Shown piece by piece: positions 20,940 through 30,279 of a stretch of 64,000 bases of DNA. The stretch's first letter is position 1, and the number at the start of each line of letters is the position of its first letter. A model generated the notes under the pieces. That model searched no databases, had not been told where the DNA came from, and worked only from the letters and a program-made list of their open reading frames with translations. The stretch comes from Escherichia phage Ec_YwIITB1: the sequence record PQ356294.1, one strand, 5' to 3'. A program made the position numbers and the translations under genes.

Positions 20940-20947
20940 GGTATTCC

Positions 20948-21853
20948 TTAAGATTTAAGTAAATCGACAATTTTAATTAACTTTTCACGCTCAGATTTAG
21001 CTTTACTACTCAGTCCAGATAGTCTGAAAATTTCATCATCATATTGTTGAATAGAAATATTCAGCTCTTCAATCTGTTTATTAAAATAATCAATTTGTTC
21101 AGAATGTTTTTCGTTACTACGAACCGGTACAGGTTTTGTAGGCAATGTAGTTGAACTGGATTCATTCGGGCGATAAATTAAAATACAACTTGAACCAATA
21201 GGACATTTTGCCCCAGATGAATATTCTAATGTTCCAGCTTCTTTTAAAACTTCAAAAGCTAAACATAGATGATGGCCCATATTGACATAATCTGTAGAGT
21301 GAGCTCTGATGTAATAATCATCTCCACGAATACTAAATTTAAAGCATTTAAGGTCTTCTGTATTATTGGTCTTAAAAATCATTTGTTTATCTAGACCTTT
21401 AGCTAATCGAGCGCCTAATGCTAATAATCGGCGTTGATTTTCCCACAAATCCGTAATCATTTGATCGAATGATAATTTTGGCATTAGTCGACCATAAAGG
21501 TCATATCCTTTATTATAATTACGAAGGATTTCACTCGCGTTAATACGAGATAATGCTCCAATTTTATTAAGGGCTTTCATAATGCGATTAGATAAACTCA
21601 TTCCAGATCCGTTTGTTCGCTGCAAATGTTTTTCTAATCCAAATCCAATATCAACTTTAAACTTATCTAAAATTTCGGCATGAACATCTTTATCAATAAC
21701 ATCCAAATCCAGAGCTGAGTTAAATCTATGAAAAAATTTATCTGGCTCTGCACTGCGAAATACAGTCCATTCATTCATCATTTTTTTATTAACTAAAGAT
21801 TTAATTACTGCATTGACATTATTAATTACTACTGACATACTTTCCTCACTCAA
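20948..21853 (-). CDS. hypothetical protein
   Basis: 301 aa ORF. Confidence 0.6.
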   Translation of the reverse strand: MSEESMSVVINNVNAVIKSLVNKKMMNEWTVFRSAEPDKFFHRFNSALDLDVIDKDVHAEILDKFKVDIGFGLEKHLQRTNGSGMSLSNRIMKALNKIGALSRINASEILRNYNKGYDLYGRLMPKLSFDQMITDLWENQRRLLALGARLAKGLDKQMIFKTNNTEDLKCFKFSIRGDDYYIRAHSTDYVNMGHHLCLAFEVLKEAGTLEYSSGAKCPIGSSCILIYRPNESSSTTLPTKPVPVRSNEKHSEQIDYFNKQIEELNISIQQYDDEIFRLSGLSSKAKSEREKLIKIVDLLKS

Positions 21854-22247
21854 TTTTACTAAATATACAGAATAAGATGGAACAGACTATATAAGCACCA
21901 CACACAGATTGAACTAATACCATTCCAAAGAACCAAACAATATTATCAAACAATGTCTGTTTTACGTCGAAAGGACGTAAACTTACAGTAATATTATCAC
22001 CTTTTTCTATTGAAGAATACATCTCTGGGGAAATATATTCACTAAATCTATAACCGTCTTTGAGTTCATATACGGCAATAAACGATAAATTAGACCCTTT
22101 TCCTTGTGTTCCTGTAATGGTATTAACTACAGTAACACCATAATCTTTATAATGCATATAATCATTAATTGCGTAATAACCATATGCAATTACTACACAT
22201 AAACAACATATCAATAAATTCAATCTTTTAATTATCAACCGTTTCAT
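21846..22247 (-). CDS. membrane protein
   Basis: N-terminal and C-terminal hydrophobic helices; start trimmed to ATG 22245-22247. Confidence 0.55.
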   Translation of the reverse strand: MKRLIIKRLNLLICCLCVVIAYGYYAINDYMHYKDYGVTVVNTITGTQGKGSNLSFIAVYELKDGYRFSEYISPEMYSSIEKGDNITVSLRPFDVKQTLFDNIVWFFGMVLVQSVCGAYIVCSILFCIFSKIE

Positions 22248-22275
22248 AATAATCTCAATTAAAGGGCTTAGAACC

Positions 22276-22299
22276 ATTATACCATCCTTGGTATAAAGC
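22276..22299 (-). promoter_or_regulatory. MotA-type middle promoter
   Basis: Minus strand GCTTTA + 12 nt + TATAAT. Confidence 0.45.
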
Positions 22300-22301
22300 G
22301 G

Positions 22302-22829
22302 TTATGCGAGTACCGTCTTTAACCGTTCTTCAAACTTCCGAAGAGTATTTTGGCGTTCAGCTCTTTGCTTTTTGTAAGTTTCAATACGCTCTGAAATGAG
22401 AGTGTATCGTTCATTTACCGATTCTTTCATAAAATCAGGAATTTCACGAGAAGCTTTAATCTCGTCAAATTTATCAATAACAGCTTGCTCTTCAGCAATT
22501 AAATTATCATACATTAAAATATCTTTCTTGATGAACTCAATATCTTCTTGAGTTACACGAGATAATTTAGATGCTTTATCCTTTTTGTACTGTTTATTAG
22601 TATCACGAGACCAGTGCAATGTACGATTTTTATTCGTATTTTTGTAAATTTCTACAATACCGATCTCATCAATAATAACGATCCAATTCCAACGGGATTT
22701 GTAAATTTGTCCTCCATCAACAGTGATTTCACCTCCGATTGAGATGTCGTTAAAGAACTTGCTTTGTGCTTCAGATTTAAATTTACCATCGTTGTAATTT
22801 ACCAAGTTGAAAATATCTTTAGCGTTCAT
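22302..22829 (-). CDS. hypothetical protein
   Basis: 175 aa; GGAGG RBS. Confidence 0.6.
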   Translation of the reverse strand: MNAKDIFNLVNYNDGKFKSEAQSKFFNDISIGGEITVDGGQIYKSRWNWIVIIDEIGIVEIYKNTNKNRTLHWSRDTNKQYKKDKASKLSRVTQEDIEFIKKDILMYDNLIAEEQAVIDKFDEIKASREIPDFMKESVNERYTLISERIETYKKQRAERQNTLRKFEERLKTVLA

Positions 22830-22857
22830 TTTGTGTTCCTCCGTAGTTGATAGTTGT

Positions 22858-22887
22858 ATAGTACCACAGAGGAACAGTCTTGTAAAC
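22858..22887 (-). promoter_or_regulatory. early-type promoter module (GTTTAC -35, TACTAT -10, conserved 20-mer)
   Basis: One of three copies of agttgatagttgtatagtac, each 17-18 nt from a GTTTAC. Confidence 0.45.
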
Positions 22888-22889
22888 CA

Positions 22890-23204
22890 CTAAAAGAAAC
22901 TTCTTTCACAATTTTTTCCACTGAACCATGCACTTACCGCTTTCTTGGTCTCAGGAGCAGTGTTATCCATAAACCATTCAAAGGCAGCCTTTTTATGATT
23001 CTGGAGGGCTTCTCGGGCTTTAATCTGCTCACGGTCTATTAACACTAGCATGTGAGCCTTTCTTGTCACCATGGGCTTCTTATGATTTTTTGAATACTCC
23101 CAGTCATTTGTCCATCGCATTGTTGTTGCGAACTGAAATACTGCTTCTTTAATTTTAGTTTCGTAAATTTCACGAGCCTTTGAGTATAACATCATTACCT
23201 CCAT
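22890..23204 (-). CDS. hypothetical protein
   Basis: 104 aa ORF. Confidence 0.5.
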   Translation of the reverse strand: MEVMMLYSKAREIYETKIKEAVFQFATTMRWTNDWEYSKNHKKPMVTRKAHMLVLIDREQIKAREALQNHKKAAFEWFMDNTAPETKKAVSAWFSGKNCERSFF

Positions 23205-23293
23205 TCACCGGTTTAATTCTAGTCATCTTTTTAATGGCAGTCCATATAATCTATTTCTGAACTGCCTTTTTGTCATAGAAGTCCTCTTATGAA

Positions 23294-24262
23294 TTATTTC
23301 AGAAGAGTAACCTCAGCGATTTCTTCCCAACCGTTTTTGTCGGTCATAATAAAGTCAGCAAGATAAAGAGCAGTACGCAGTGAAACATTGCGCAAACGGT
23401 TAACATTAACTTTCATCCATGATAATGCTTTATAAGTTTCTTCATCAGAAAGACCGCGCTTTTGCATCATGTCAGTTGAAAGAATAACATCTTCAACCCT
23501 GACCATAATTTCTTCATTAGTGTGAACACCCAAATCCAAATAAACCGAGCGGGACACTAATGCTTGTAAGTGTGGAGCAAGTTTAGTACCACGGTCTAAT
23601 TCGCGGTCAATGTCAACGTTTGTGATAAAAACAATCGTTCCTTTAAATTCAAACTCACGCTCAATGCCTTTTTCTTCTAAGAAAGAAGATGCAGTGCTCC
23701 AGCAGACTTTACGGGTCTCTCCAGTGTCCAGAGCGGCTTTTAGAAGATTAAGAATATCCATATCAGAGAAAACATCCACATCATCAATCAAAAGGACAGA
23801 ATTCTCTTCACGATTATTCCAAAGCTGCTCATAAAGACCAATACCAGAGATTTTACCATTAATACTTTTATATTCAATGTATCCAATATCATTTGCTTTA
23901 TTCAAAGCTTTATCTAAAGAATACGTTTTACCAATACCTGCTGCGCCAGAGATAATCAATGAACGAATATTTCCATTAATAATACCATTCGTCATCATTC
24001 CCATAACATTAAATCTTTTATTAATGCGGGTTTTCATATCTTCATATGATTCTTTAACTTCTTCAACTTTTACACCATCATATGAAATATCTGATTTGTA
24101 AACCCAAACACCGCGGCGCTTACCGTCAATTTCAACAAAAACTTTACCATCTCCTTGTGCATCTACCGGAGCATTATCTGGGAACCATTCGCCTAAAAGC
24201 TCAAAAGTTCCAGAGATTTCTTTACCGAAGTAGATACCCTTATTGATAGTTACAGTTTTCAT
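23294..24262 (-). CDS. P-loop NTPase
   Basis: Walker A GAAGIGKT and Walker B LLIDDVD; start trimmed to ATG 24260-24262. Confidence 0.65.
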   Translation of the reverse strand: MKTVTINKGIYFGKEISGTFELLGEWFPDNAPVDAQGDGKVFVEIDGKRRGVWVYKSDISYDGVKVEEVKESYEDMKTRINKRFNVMGMMTNGIINGNIRSLIISGAAGIGKTYSLDKALNKANDIGYIEYKSINGKISGIGLYEQLWNNREENSVLLIDDVDVFSDMDILNLLKAALDTGETRKVCWSTASSFLEEKGIEREFEFKGTIVFITNVDIDRELDRGTKLAPHLQALVSRSVYLDLGVHTNEEIMVRVEDVILSTDMMQKRGLSDEETYKALSWMKVNVNRLRNVSLRTALYLADFIMTDKNGWEEIAEVTLLK

Positions 24263-24296
24263 TTTATTCCCCAAATCCGTATCAGTTGATAGTTGT

Positions 24297-24326
24297 ATAG
24301 TACAATAAAGCTTTATGCTTGTAAAC
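24297..24326 (-). promoter_or_regulatory. early-type promoter module (second copy of the conserved 20-mer)
   Basis: GTTTAC at 24321-24326; TACTAT at 24297-24302. Confidence 0.45.
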
Positions 24327-24344
24327 CGTTTTGCGAAAAATTTT

Positions 24345-24374
24345 TAAAATAAAAAAGGGAGCCCGAAGGCTCCC
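24345..24374 (-). terminator. intrinsic terminator (7 bp GC stem, UUCG loop, U run)
   Basis: gggagcc-cgaa-ggctccc followed on minus strand by UUUUUU; downstream of 24377..25390. Confidence 0.7.
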
Positions 24375-24376
24375 TA

Positions 24377-25390
24377 TCATTTATAATAACTTCGGTGGTT
24401 TTCAAGATAAACCCTCTCAAGGAAGTCATCCCAGAAACCCATGTCTACTTTTTGCTGCATACCGTTCTTAGAAGCTTCAATGGATGCTGCTTCTACTTGA
24501 TCGACCACATCTTCCAAAAACTCTTGAACAGTTTTAAATGGATGTTTACCCAACTTCACGTCGAGAATAAATGGAGCGTCTTGAAGTGGATAGACTAGGT
24601 CACCAGTTTTGTAAATTTCCAATAGTTGGAGTCCACCACGACAAGCATGACTCAGAGCTTTCCAGTCAATGCCCTCATTAGCTTCGGCCTTACGAGCGCG
24701 TTCGCCATATTCAGCATCTAATTTATTCAGTGACTGCTTAAGCTCAATAAGAGAAAGTGTTGTTTGATATTTACGACCCAACACGGTGTAGAACGTTTGT
24801 GGACCTGTTTTCTCATGATTATGGAATACCCATTCACAGAATTCGTTCTCTGGAAGACGATGCTTAATATCTTCAACTTTAGTTCGACGTTGCTTAATGG
24901 AACCGTCTTCTTGGTAATCAACCCATTGCTCAGGGATTTGATTAACTACTTTCAATACATCACGTAATGCGGCCAAACGAGAACCCTTAACACCATATTT
25001 AGAAGCTTGCTTGCGAACATATCCTAAATAGGATTTCATGTTAGTCGTATAAAAACGAGAACGATTGTCTTGAATAAACTTCCATACATCAGGCAAATCA
25101 GATTTAACTACCAGTTCAGGTGGAGTGTGGAGCATATCCAATGCTACAGTTTCACCATCTGCTGCTAATTTAAAGAAATACTTAAGACTGTATAGTTCAT
25201 GGTCAATATCATCTTTAGTGTTTTTAGATGATGTGCTGTTAGTGTTTTTACTCATATGCTCTTTAACATTTCCGATAAGAATATCACGAGCAGGAGGAAC
25301 AAAGATTTCTTTAAAATCTACATCAGATTCTGGAGTAGAAGTTCCATAAAGATGACTACCAAAATAGCTTTTCATTACTGTTTTCATCAT
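24377..25390 (-). CDS. Pol-beta-type nucleotidyltransferase-fold protein
   Basis: N-terminal GS-x9-SDVD motif (YFGSHLYGTSTPESDVDF) and a downstream hDh (VALDM). Confidence 0.6.
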   Translation of the reverse strand: MMKTVMKSYFGSHLYGTSTPESDVDFKEIFVPPARDILIGNVKEHMSKNTNSTSSKNTKDDIDHELYSLKYFFKLAADGETVALDMLHTPPELVVKSDLPDVWKFIQDNRSRFYTTNMKSYLGYVRKQASKYGVKGSRLAALRDVLKVVNQIPEQWVDYQEDGSIKQRRTKVEDIKHRLPENEFCEWVFHNHEKTGPQTFYTVLGRKYQTTLSLIELKQSLNKLDAEYGERARKAEANEGIDWKALSHACRGGLQLLEIYKTGDLVYPLQDAPFILDVKLGKHPFKTVQEFLEDVVDQVEAASIEASKNGMQQKVDMGFWDDFLERVYLENHRSYYK

Positions 25391-25848
25391 TCAGCCTTAT
25401 ATTCAATAACAGGACATACTTTAGCTTTACGCGCTTTTAAAAATTCGACGATAATAGATTTCTTGGGTTGAATAGGAGGTAAACCTTTATACGCTCTATC
25501 AATATTTTCTACATGTAAAGCATAATCCTTTTTCCATTTATAATCTTTATATTTTTCATGCAGTTGTGCAGGAATAACAAATGAACCAATAATAAGTAAA
25601 ACAAGCAAAATGGCAAGTATAAATGCTGATGGAATAAGAGTCCATAAACTACCAAAAATAAGCCATTTCTGTATGATTTCTGCGCAGATGATAGTTAGAC
25701 CTGCGAGCATAGTACATCCGAATAAAGAAACGAAAAATGTAGGGATAACAATAGACCAAAAATACGCGCACAGTGTCTTAGGTCGTTTCCATTCGTCGTT
25801 AAACATTTTGAATAATTTATAATGCCAAGAGTTTTCATTAATAACCAT
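25387..25848 (-). CDS. membrane protein
   Basis: Three hydrophobic segments. Confidence 0.6.
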   Translation of the reverse strand: MVINENSWHYKLFKMFNDEWKRPKTLCAYFWSIVIPTFFVSLFGCTMLAGLTIICAEIIQKWLIFGSLWTLIPSAFILAILLVLLIIGSFVIPAQLHEKYKDYKWKKDYALHVENIDRAYKGLPPIQPKKSIIVEFLKARKAKVCPVIEYKAE

Positions 25849-25850
25849 AA

Positions 25851-26372
25851 TTATCCTTTCATTGAAGGTGTAACAGTTGTTAAATACTTAATCATAGCTT
25901 CAGCTTCTGATTTTGATAATGAAATTTCTCCATTGTTTTGACGAATAGAAATAAAATCCGGATGACGGTCACCACCAGCTTTTAAAATACACATATAAGT
26001 ATCAGTTTCATCTTCAATATCTGAAATAATTGAAGCAGTTCCACATGAATGTGGTTTTTGATAAATCAATGCAGCTTTTCTTCCACCGTTTGACTGTTCA
26101 TAAACTTTTAACACATCAAACAAATCGCTTCTTTTATCAATAGCTAAGATGTTGTTTTCATCTTCAATATTAAATCCTTCGGATACTTCATAAAGTGTCA
26201 CCCATAAATCACCTATATCGATAGTAGCATTTCCTTTTCCACGACTTTCAAGAATATGACAAATTTTCTTGATTTCGTCATAACTCATTTTAATAATATC
26301 ATCTCCTTGAATAAGGAAGATGTCATTTTTAAATTCAACACGAATTAAACCACTTCCACTTGAAATAAACAT
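25851..26372 (-). CDS. hypothetical protein, tandem paralog A
   Basis: 173 aa; C-terminal region similar to 26379..26933. Confidence 0.6.
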   Translation of the reverse strand: MFISSGSGLIRVEFKNDIFLIQGDDIIKMSYDEIKKICHILESRGKGNATIDIGDLWVTLYEVSEGFNIEDENNILAIDKRSDLFDVLKVYEQSNGGRKAALIYQKPHSCGTASIISDIEDETDTYMCILKAGGDRHPDFISIRQNNGEISLSKSEAEAMIKYLTTVTPSMKG

Positions 26373-26378
26373 ATTTCC

Positions 26379-26933
26379 TCACTTTGAAATCATAGTTGGA
26401 ATGACAGAATCGAGATAAGTCTTTAGCGCAATAGCTTCGTCTTTGGTAAATGTGACAATATGCGATCGAAAATCATCAATTTGACGAATAGTTAAGACAT
26501 CACCATCTTCATAGCATTTTGATATGTTTAAAACAGTTTCATCATTCTGATTGCAAGCGTTAGTAATAATAGCATTGCAATTTTTGAGCCATTTTAAACT
26601 ATGTTTTCTTTCATTAGAATAATAAAAATATTTAATCTTATCTATAAAACTATCCCAATGAATAACTGATAGGCATATTGACTCACTTTTAATATTAAAT
26701 CCTGGGCATGAAGAATAAAAATGAATTTTGTGCTCATCATTGATGCTTACTATTTTATCAGTATAAGGATATTCAATTTGGGTTAAATGAATGATTTCAC
26801 TAGGCGTAAAATATAGCATATCGTCTTCTTGCGTCAAACGATACATATTATTTACTTTTTCTATAGCTAATTCACCAAAAAGCGGACTAACTTCTAATAC
26901 TAATCGTTTCATATTAATCCTTTTTATTGGCAT
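26379..26933 (-). CDS. hypothetical protein, tandem paralog B
   Basis: 184 aa. Confidence 0.6.
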   Translation of the reverse strand: MPIKRINMKRLVLEVSPLFGELAIEKVNNMYRLTQEDDMLYFTPSEIIHLTQIEYPYTDKIVSINDEHKIHFYSSCPGFNIKSESICLSVIHWDSFIDKIKYFYYSNERKHSLKWLKNCNAIITNACNQNDETVLNISKCYEDGDVLTIRQIDDFRSHIVTFTKDEAIALKTYLDSVIPTMISK

Positions 26934-27192
26934 GAATTTGTTTTAAAATTTTAGAGTATTCCTTTGTATCAGATTTACGTACAATCGATACACTATAAGG
27001 CATACTATCTGTGTCTTTTATAAAACGTTCCAAATGACACTCTAACAAAATTTCTGGATTATAAATCGTGTACATCAAATTACCTGTTGCTCCACGATAT
27101 TGGCAGATTTCTACTGATTGAGCATCATTCCACAATTTTGTTAAGACTAAATCACCTACTTCTAATTTCGGAAAGCTCACATTATTCACCAA
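26914..27192 (-). CDS. hypothetical protein
   Basis: 92 aa ORF. Confidence 0.5.
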   Translation of the reverse strand: MVNNVSFPKLEVGDLVLTKLWNDAQSVEICQYRGATGNLMYTIYNPEILLECHLERFIKDTDSMPYSVSIVRKSDTKEYSKILKQIHANKKD

Positions 27193-27367
27193 TTAAAGTT
27201 TCAATATAAGAATCAAGATTTACTTTAGCTTCTTCCATAAGAGTTTTGTATTTAATCTTGTTAGCATATCCAGAGAAAGCTGATTCATCAATAACTGTTG
27301 ATGTATGAACAGCTTTACTATACATCTCAATTAATTCTCTTAATTTAAAAGCCTGCTCACTTGTCAT
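27182..27367 (-). CDS. small acidic protein, family member 1
   Basis: 61 aa; shares N-terminal T/S-x-EQ..K and C-terminal Y-I/L-E motifs with five other small ORFs. Confidence 0.5.
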   Translation of the reverse strand: MTSEQAFKLRELIEMYSKAVHTSTVIDESAFSGYANKIKYKTLMEEAKVNLDSYIETLIGE

Positions 27368-27499
27368 TACATACTCCTTTGAATAATATCAATAATGTTG
27401 TTCACCAGATTATAAGTAAACATTGGATAATTATATTGAATCATCACATACACAACAAACAAAACTTTCATTCTCTTCTCCTTGACAGTTGACAAGATT

Positions 27500-27529
27500 A
27501 CTATACCATAACCTTGCCAACTTGTAAAC
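27500..27529 (-). promoter_or_regulatory. early-type promoter (GTTTAC, 18 nt, TATAGT)
   Basis: Hexamers with sigma70 spacing in the 27368-27531 gap. Confidence 0.4.
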
Positions 27530-27531
27530 CA

Positions 27532-27705
27532 TTAAATGACGTTTTCAATAAAATTCTGAAGCTTTGTGTGAGCATCAACCATGATTTTCATTTCTTCCTT
27601 TGCGAAAGCTGTACCTCTTTCCCGAGCAGAATACTCATAATCAGAAACTGCATTAGCATATTCTTCAATTAGCTTCATTAAAAACATCTGCTTTTCAGTT
27701 TTCAT
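27532..27705 (-). CDS. small acidic protein, family member 2 (absent from the ORF track)
   Basis: 57 aa ORF MKTEKQMFLMKLIEEYANAVS...; ATG overlaps the stop of 27695..27889. Confidence 0.45.
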   Translation of the reverse strand: MKTEKQMFLMKLIEEYANAVSDYEYSARERGTAFAKEEMKIMVDAHTKLQNFIENVI

Positions 27706-27889
27706 TATTCCACCTAATCATTTCAAGATATTGAACTAACTTAGCTTTGGATTTATCCAAATCCTTTTTAGCTGCTTCTATACCATCGTATGAATATCCT
27801 TCACAATGCTCAACTGCCAATTGGTATGAATCTATTTCAATATCACGTGCTAATTTAATGATTTTTTCAAACTGTTCACGTGTTAGCAT
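27695..27889 (-). CDS. small acidic protein, family member 3
   Basis: 64 aa ORF. Confidence 0.5.
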   Translation of the reverse strand: MLTREQFEKIIKLARDIEIDSYQLAVEHCEGYSYDGIEAAKKDLDKSKAKLVQYLEMIRWNNEN

Positions 27890-27891
27890 AC

Positions 27892-28131
27892 TTAAACTCT
27901 CGTATTATGATCGATAATTTCATCAAGAAACATATCTAAAGCTTCTACAGCATTATCAACTTTAGCTTCAAGTTCTTCAGCACCTTTATTTGCAATGCCC
28001 GACGAAAACCAAGCAAAGTCACTAAGTTCCTCATCTGCTTTGCGAATTAAAGCTACCAATTCTTTAATTTTATCTGCTTGTTCAATGCTAATCATTATTC
28101 CACCACATATGAAAGAGAGAATATTGCACAC
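27892..28131 (-). CDS. small acidic protein, family member 4
   Basis: 79 aa ORF; true start may be an internal Met. Confidence 0.5.
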   Translation of the reverse strand: MCNILSFICGGIMISIEQADKIKELVALIRKADEELSDFAWFSSGIANKGAEELEAKVDNAVEALDMFLDEIIDHNTRV

Positions 28132-28283
28132 GCCATATGAGTTGCAGCTTCATCACACATATCATAACGTTTCTTAAGAAGTTCTACAAGTTCTTCACTA
28201 GTAACTTCATCCATGTCGACGAAAAAATCACCATTAATGATGACGTAGATATTTCCTTCTTGATTGAGTGCTTCAATTTTCAT
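28095..28283 (-). CDS. small hypothetical protein
   Basis: Start trimmed to ATG 28281-28283 with GAGGAG RBS. Confidence 0.5.
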   Translation of the reverse strand: MKIEALNQEGNIYVIINGDFFVDMDEVTSEELVELLKKRYDMCDEAATHMACAIFSLSYVVE

Positions 28284-28347
28284 GATGTTCTCCTCTTTAT
28301 CCGATGGTTGTATAGTATCACAGCTCAAATTGAAAGTAAACCGGTAA

Positions 28348-28374
28348 AATGAAAAAAGTCTCCCGAAGGAGACT
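28348..28374 (-). terminator. intrinsic terminator (UUCG loop, U run)
   Basis: agtctcc-cgaa-ggagact followed on minus strand by UUUUU. Confidence 0.65.
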
Positions 28375-28378
28375 AATG

Positions 28379-28765
28379 TTATTCGAGTGAAAGAAGATAT
28401 TTGCTCTGGTAAAACATCCCAGTGATATCATCTATCGTGCTTTGAATGGCTGGAGGCATTTCTTTATAAATGCTGTTAGATTGATCTAGTATGTGATCAA
28501 TCATTTTAATTGTATCGGTAGGAAGTTTACTGGCGTCTGGAATAGAAGGCGTGTATTTTCTACCAGAATACCCTAAATATTGCTCACCAAATTTATCAAT
28601 CAAATCTGGCAATTCAGAGAAAATAAAATCGTATGCTTTGTGTCTAGCATAACTTTTAGTTTCAAAATGTGCAGAATGAAAATAAGCTTGTGCAGCCATT
28701 AATAAACCTAAGTATTCATCTGCCTTTGAAGGTTTTCCACTTTGTGAAAAGTCGCTGAATTTCAT
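28379..28765 (-). CDS. hypothetical protein (rI.-1 position)
   Basis: 128 aa, directly upstream of rI. Confidence 0.6.
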   Translation of the reverse strand: MKFSDFSQSGKPSKADEYLGLLMAAQAYFHSAHFETKSYARHKAYDFIFSELPDLIDKFGEQYLGYSGRKYTPSIPDASKLPTDTIKMIDHILDQSNSIYKEMPPAIQSTIDDITGMFYQSKYLLSLE

Positions 28766-29055
28766 TCAGTCTCCAATTTAATGTTCATAATTCTAGCGTA
28801 TGATTGTGCCATCTCCGCGCCTCGCTCTATACATTCAAAATCGGAAGAGCACGGGTCATTTTTATAAGTCGTTCGCATAAAACTATAGAACTGTTCAGAT
28901 GATTCTACGCTTTTATTTTCAAAAAGCATATAAACGTGTCTAATACCAGATTCCATAAATTTATCAAAATGAAGATCGACATTCGCTTCAATTGGTGGAG
29001 ATAAAGCAAATGCTAATCCTAGCATGGCAAATAGTGCCGTTGCTTTTAAGGCCAT
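28762..29055 (-). CDS. rI: lysis inhibition regulator RI (membrane-anchored)
   Basis: 97 aa; N-terminal anchor MALKATALFAMLGLAF. Confidence 0.85.
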   Translation of the reverse strand: MALKATALFAMLGLAFALSPPIEANVDLHFDKFMESGIRHVYMLFENKSVESSEQFYSFMRTTYKNDPCSSDFECIERGAEMAQSYARIMNIKLETE

Positions 29056-29067
29056 AAAGGCCTCCTA

Positions 29068-29280
29068 TCATTTTTGTCCTGTATTTACTTTATGCCGATG
29101 CACGGCCTTAACTTTATCAAGGTATTTTTCAAAATTTCGCAATCTAGTATAGTCTGCCGGAGATTGGTTGAGTGATACTTCTCGACGCAAAGCTGAAATG
29201 ATATTTCCAACTTCCCTACGAATTTCATCTAATTGAAGAACAGTAAGATTGCGAAGTTGCTTTTCAGTTAATTGTAGCAT
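29068..29280 (-). CDS. hypothetical protein (rI.1 position)
   Basis: 70 aa ORF. Confidence 0.55.
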
Positions 29281-29322
29281 ATATACCCCTTTAGTTAGAT
29301 AAACCTATTTATAACTTTTGCA

Positions 29323-29904
29323 CTAACCAAGCTTTTTAGTTAATTCATTCCAATGTTTTCTACACAAAGAAACATAAATTTCATCACCAATACAGATTTG
29401 ATTACCTTCTTTAACTGGCGTTCCATCTTCCATTAATCGAGCTGTCATAATAGCTTTTTTACCACAATGACAAACTGCTTTTAGTTCAATAAGTTTATCT
29501 GCAATCGCCAAAAGTTCTTTAGAACCTTCAAATAATTTTCCAGCGAAATCAGTCCTTAGTCCATAAGCCATAACAGGAACATTATATGTATCGACAATTC
29601 GGCTTAATTGATGCACCTGTTCAGTTTTTAAAAACTGGGCTTCATCTACAAATACACAATGAATATCTTTTTGTGCTTCAGCCCATTTATAGAACTCAAA
29701 AATATCCATATCATCCGTAATAATATTCGCTTCCTGCTTAATTCCAATGCGAGAAACGACTTCACAGACAGAATCACGAGTATCAATAGCAGGCTTAAGA
29801 ACTAATACACCCATTCCGCGTTCTTTATAATTATGCGCAGCAGTCAAAAGAGAAGCAGATTTTCCAGCATTCATTGCTGCGTAAGTAAAAATTAAACTCG
29901 CCAT
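29323..29904 (-). CDS. tk: thymidine kinase
   Basis: 193 aa; P-loop NAGKS; C-terminal Zn-ribbon cysteines. Confidence 0.9.
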   Translation of the reverse strand: MASLIFTYAAMNAGKSASLLTAAHNYKERGMGVLVLKPAIDTRDSVCEVVSRIGIKQEANIITDDMDIFEFYKWAEAQKDIHCVFVDEAQFLKTEQVHQLSRIVDTYNVPVMAYGLRTDFAGKLFEGSKELLAIADKLIELKAVCHCGKKAIMTARLMEDGTPVKEGNQICIGDEIYVSLCRKHWNELTKKLG

Positions 29905-29905
29905 C

Positions 29906-30094
29906 TTAGTCCTTAGTTAAATTTTCTAAATATGTTTCTAAATCATTTTCAGCTTTATCGATAGATTTTACTAATTCGTAATATGTTTCGGCATCTCCGT
30001 ATTCAGAAGATATTTCAAAAGACAAATCCTTTTCTAAACTAATAATTTCACCAACTAAAAATAATATTTCGTTCTTTTGTTCGCGAGTAATCAT
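29906..30094 (-). CDS. small acidic protein, family member 5
   Basis: 62 aa ORF. Confidence 0.55.
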   Translation of the reverse strand: MITREQKNEILFLVGEIISLEKDLSFEISSEYGDAETYYELVKSIDKAENDLETYLENLTKD

Positions 30095-30276
30095 AAGGAA
30101 TTTATATAATTAATAAGTTCTTGTTCTTTATCGTCGAAATCTTTACACAGTTCTTCGTATTCGTCGGTATTAAAAGGACCGCATTCATCACAAACTTTTT
30201 CCAATTCGCTATTTTTATCCATAACTTCGTGAATAAGAGAAAATAGTCTGTCTTTTTGTTCTTTGCTTAGGCTCAC
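30091..30276 (-). CDS. small acidic protein, family member 6; apparent GTG start
   Basis: 61 aa; start codon at 30274-30276 is GTG overlapping the stop of an upstream 56-aa ORF. Confidence 0.5.
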   Translation of the reverse strand: MSLSKEQKDRLFSLIHEVMDKNSELEKVCDECGPFNTDEYEELCKDFDDKEQELINYINSL

Positions 30277-30279
30277 AGT

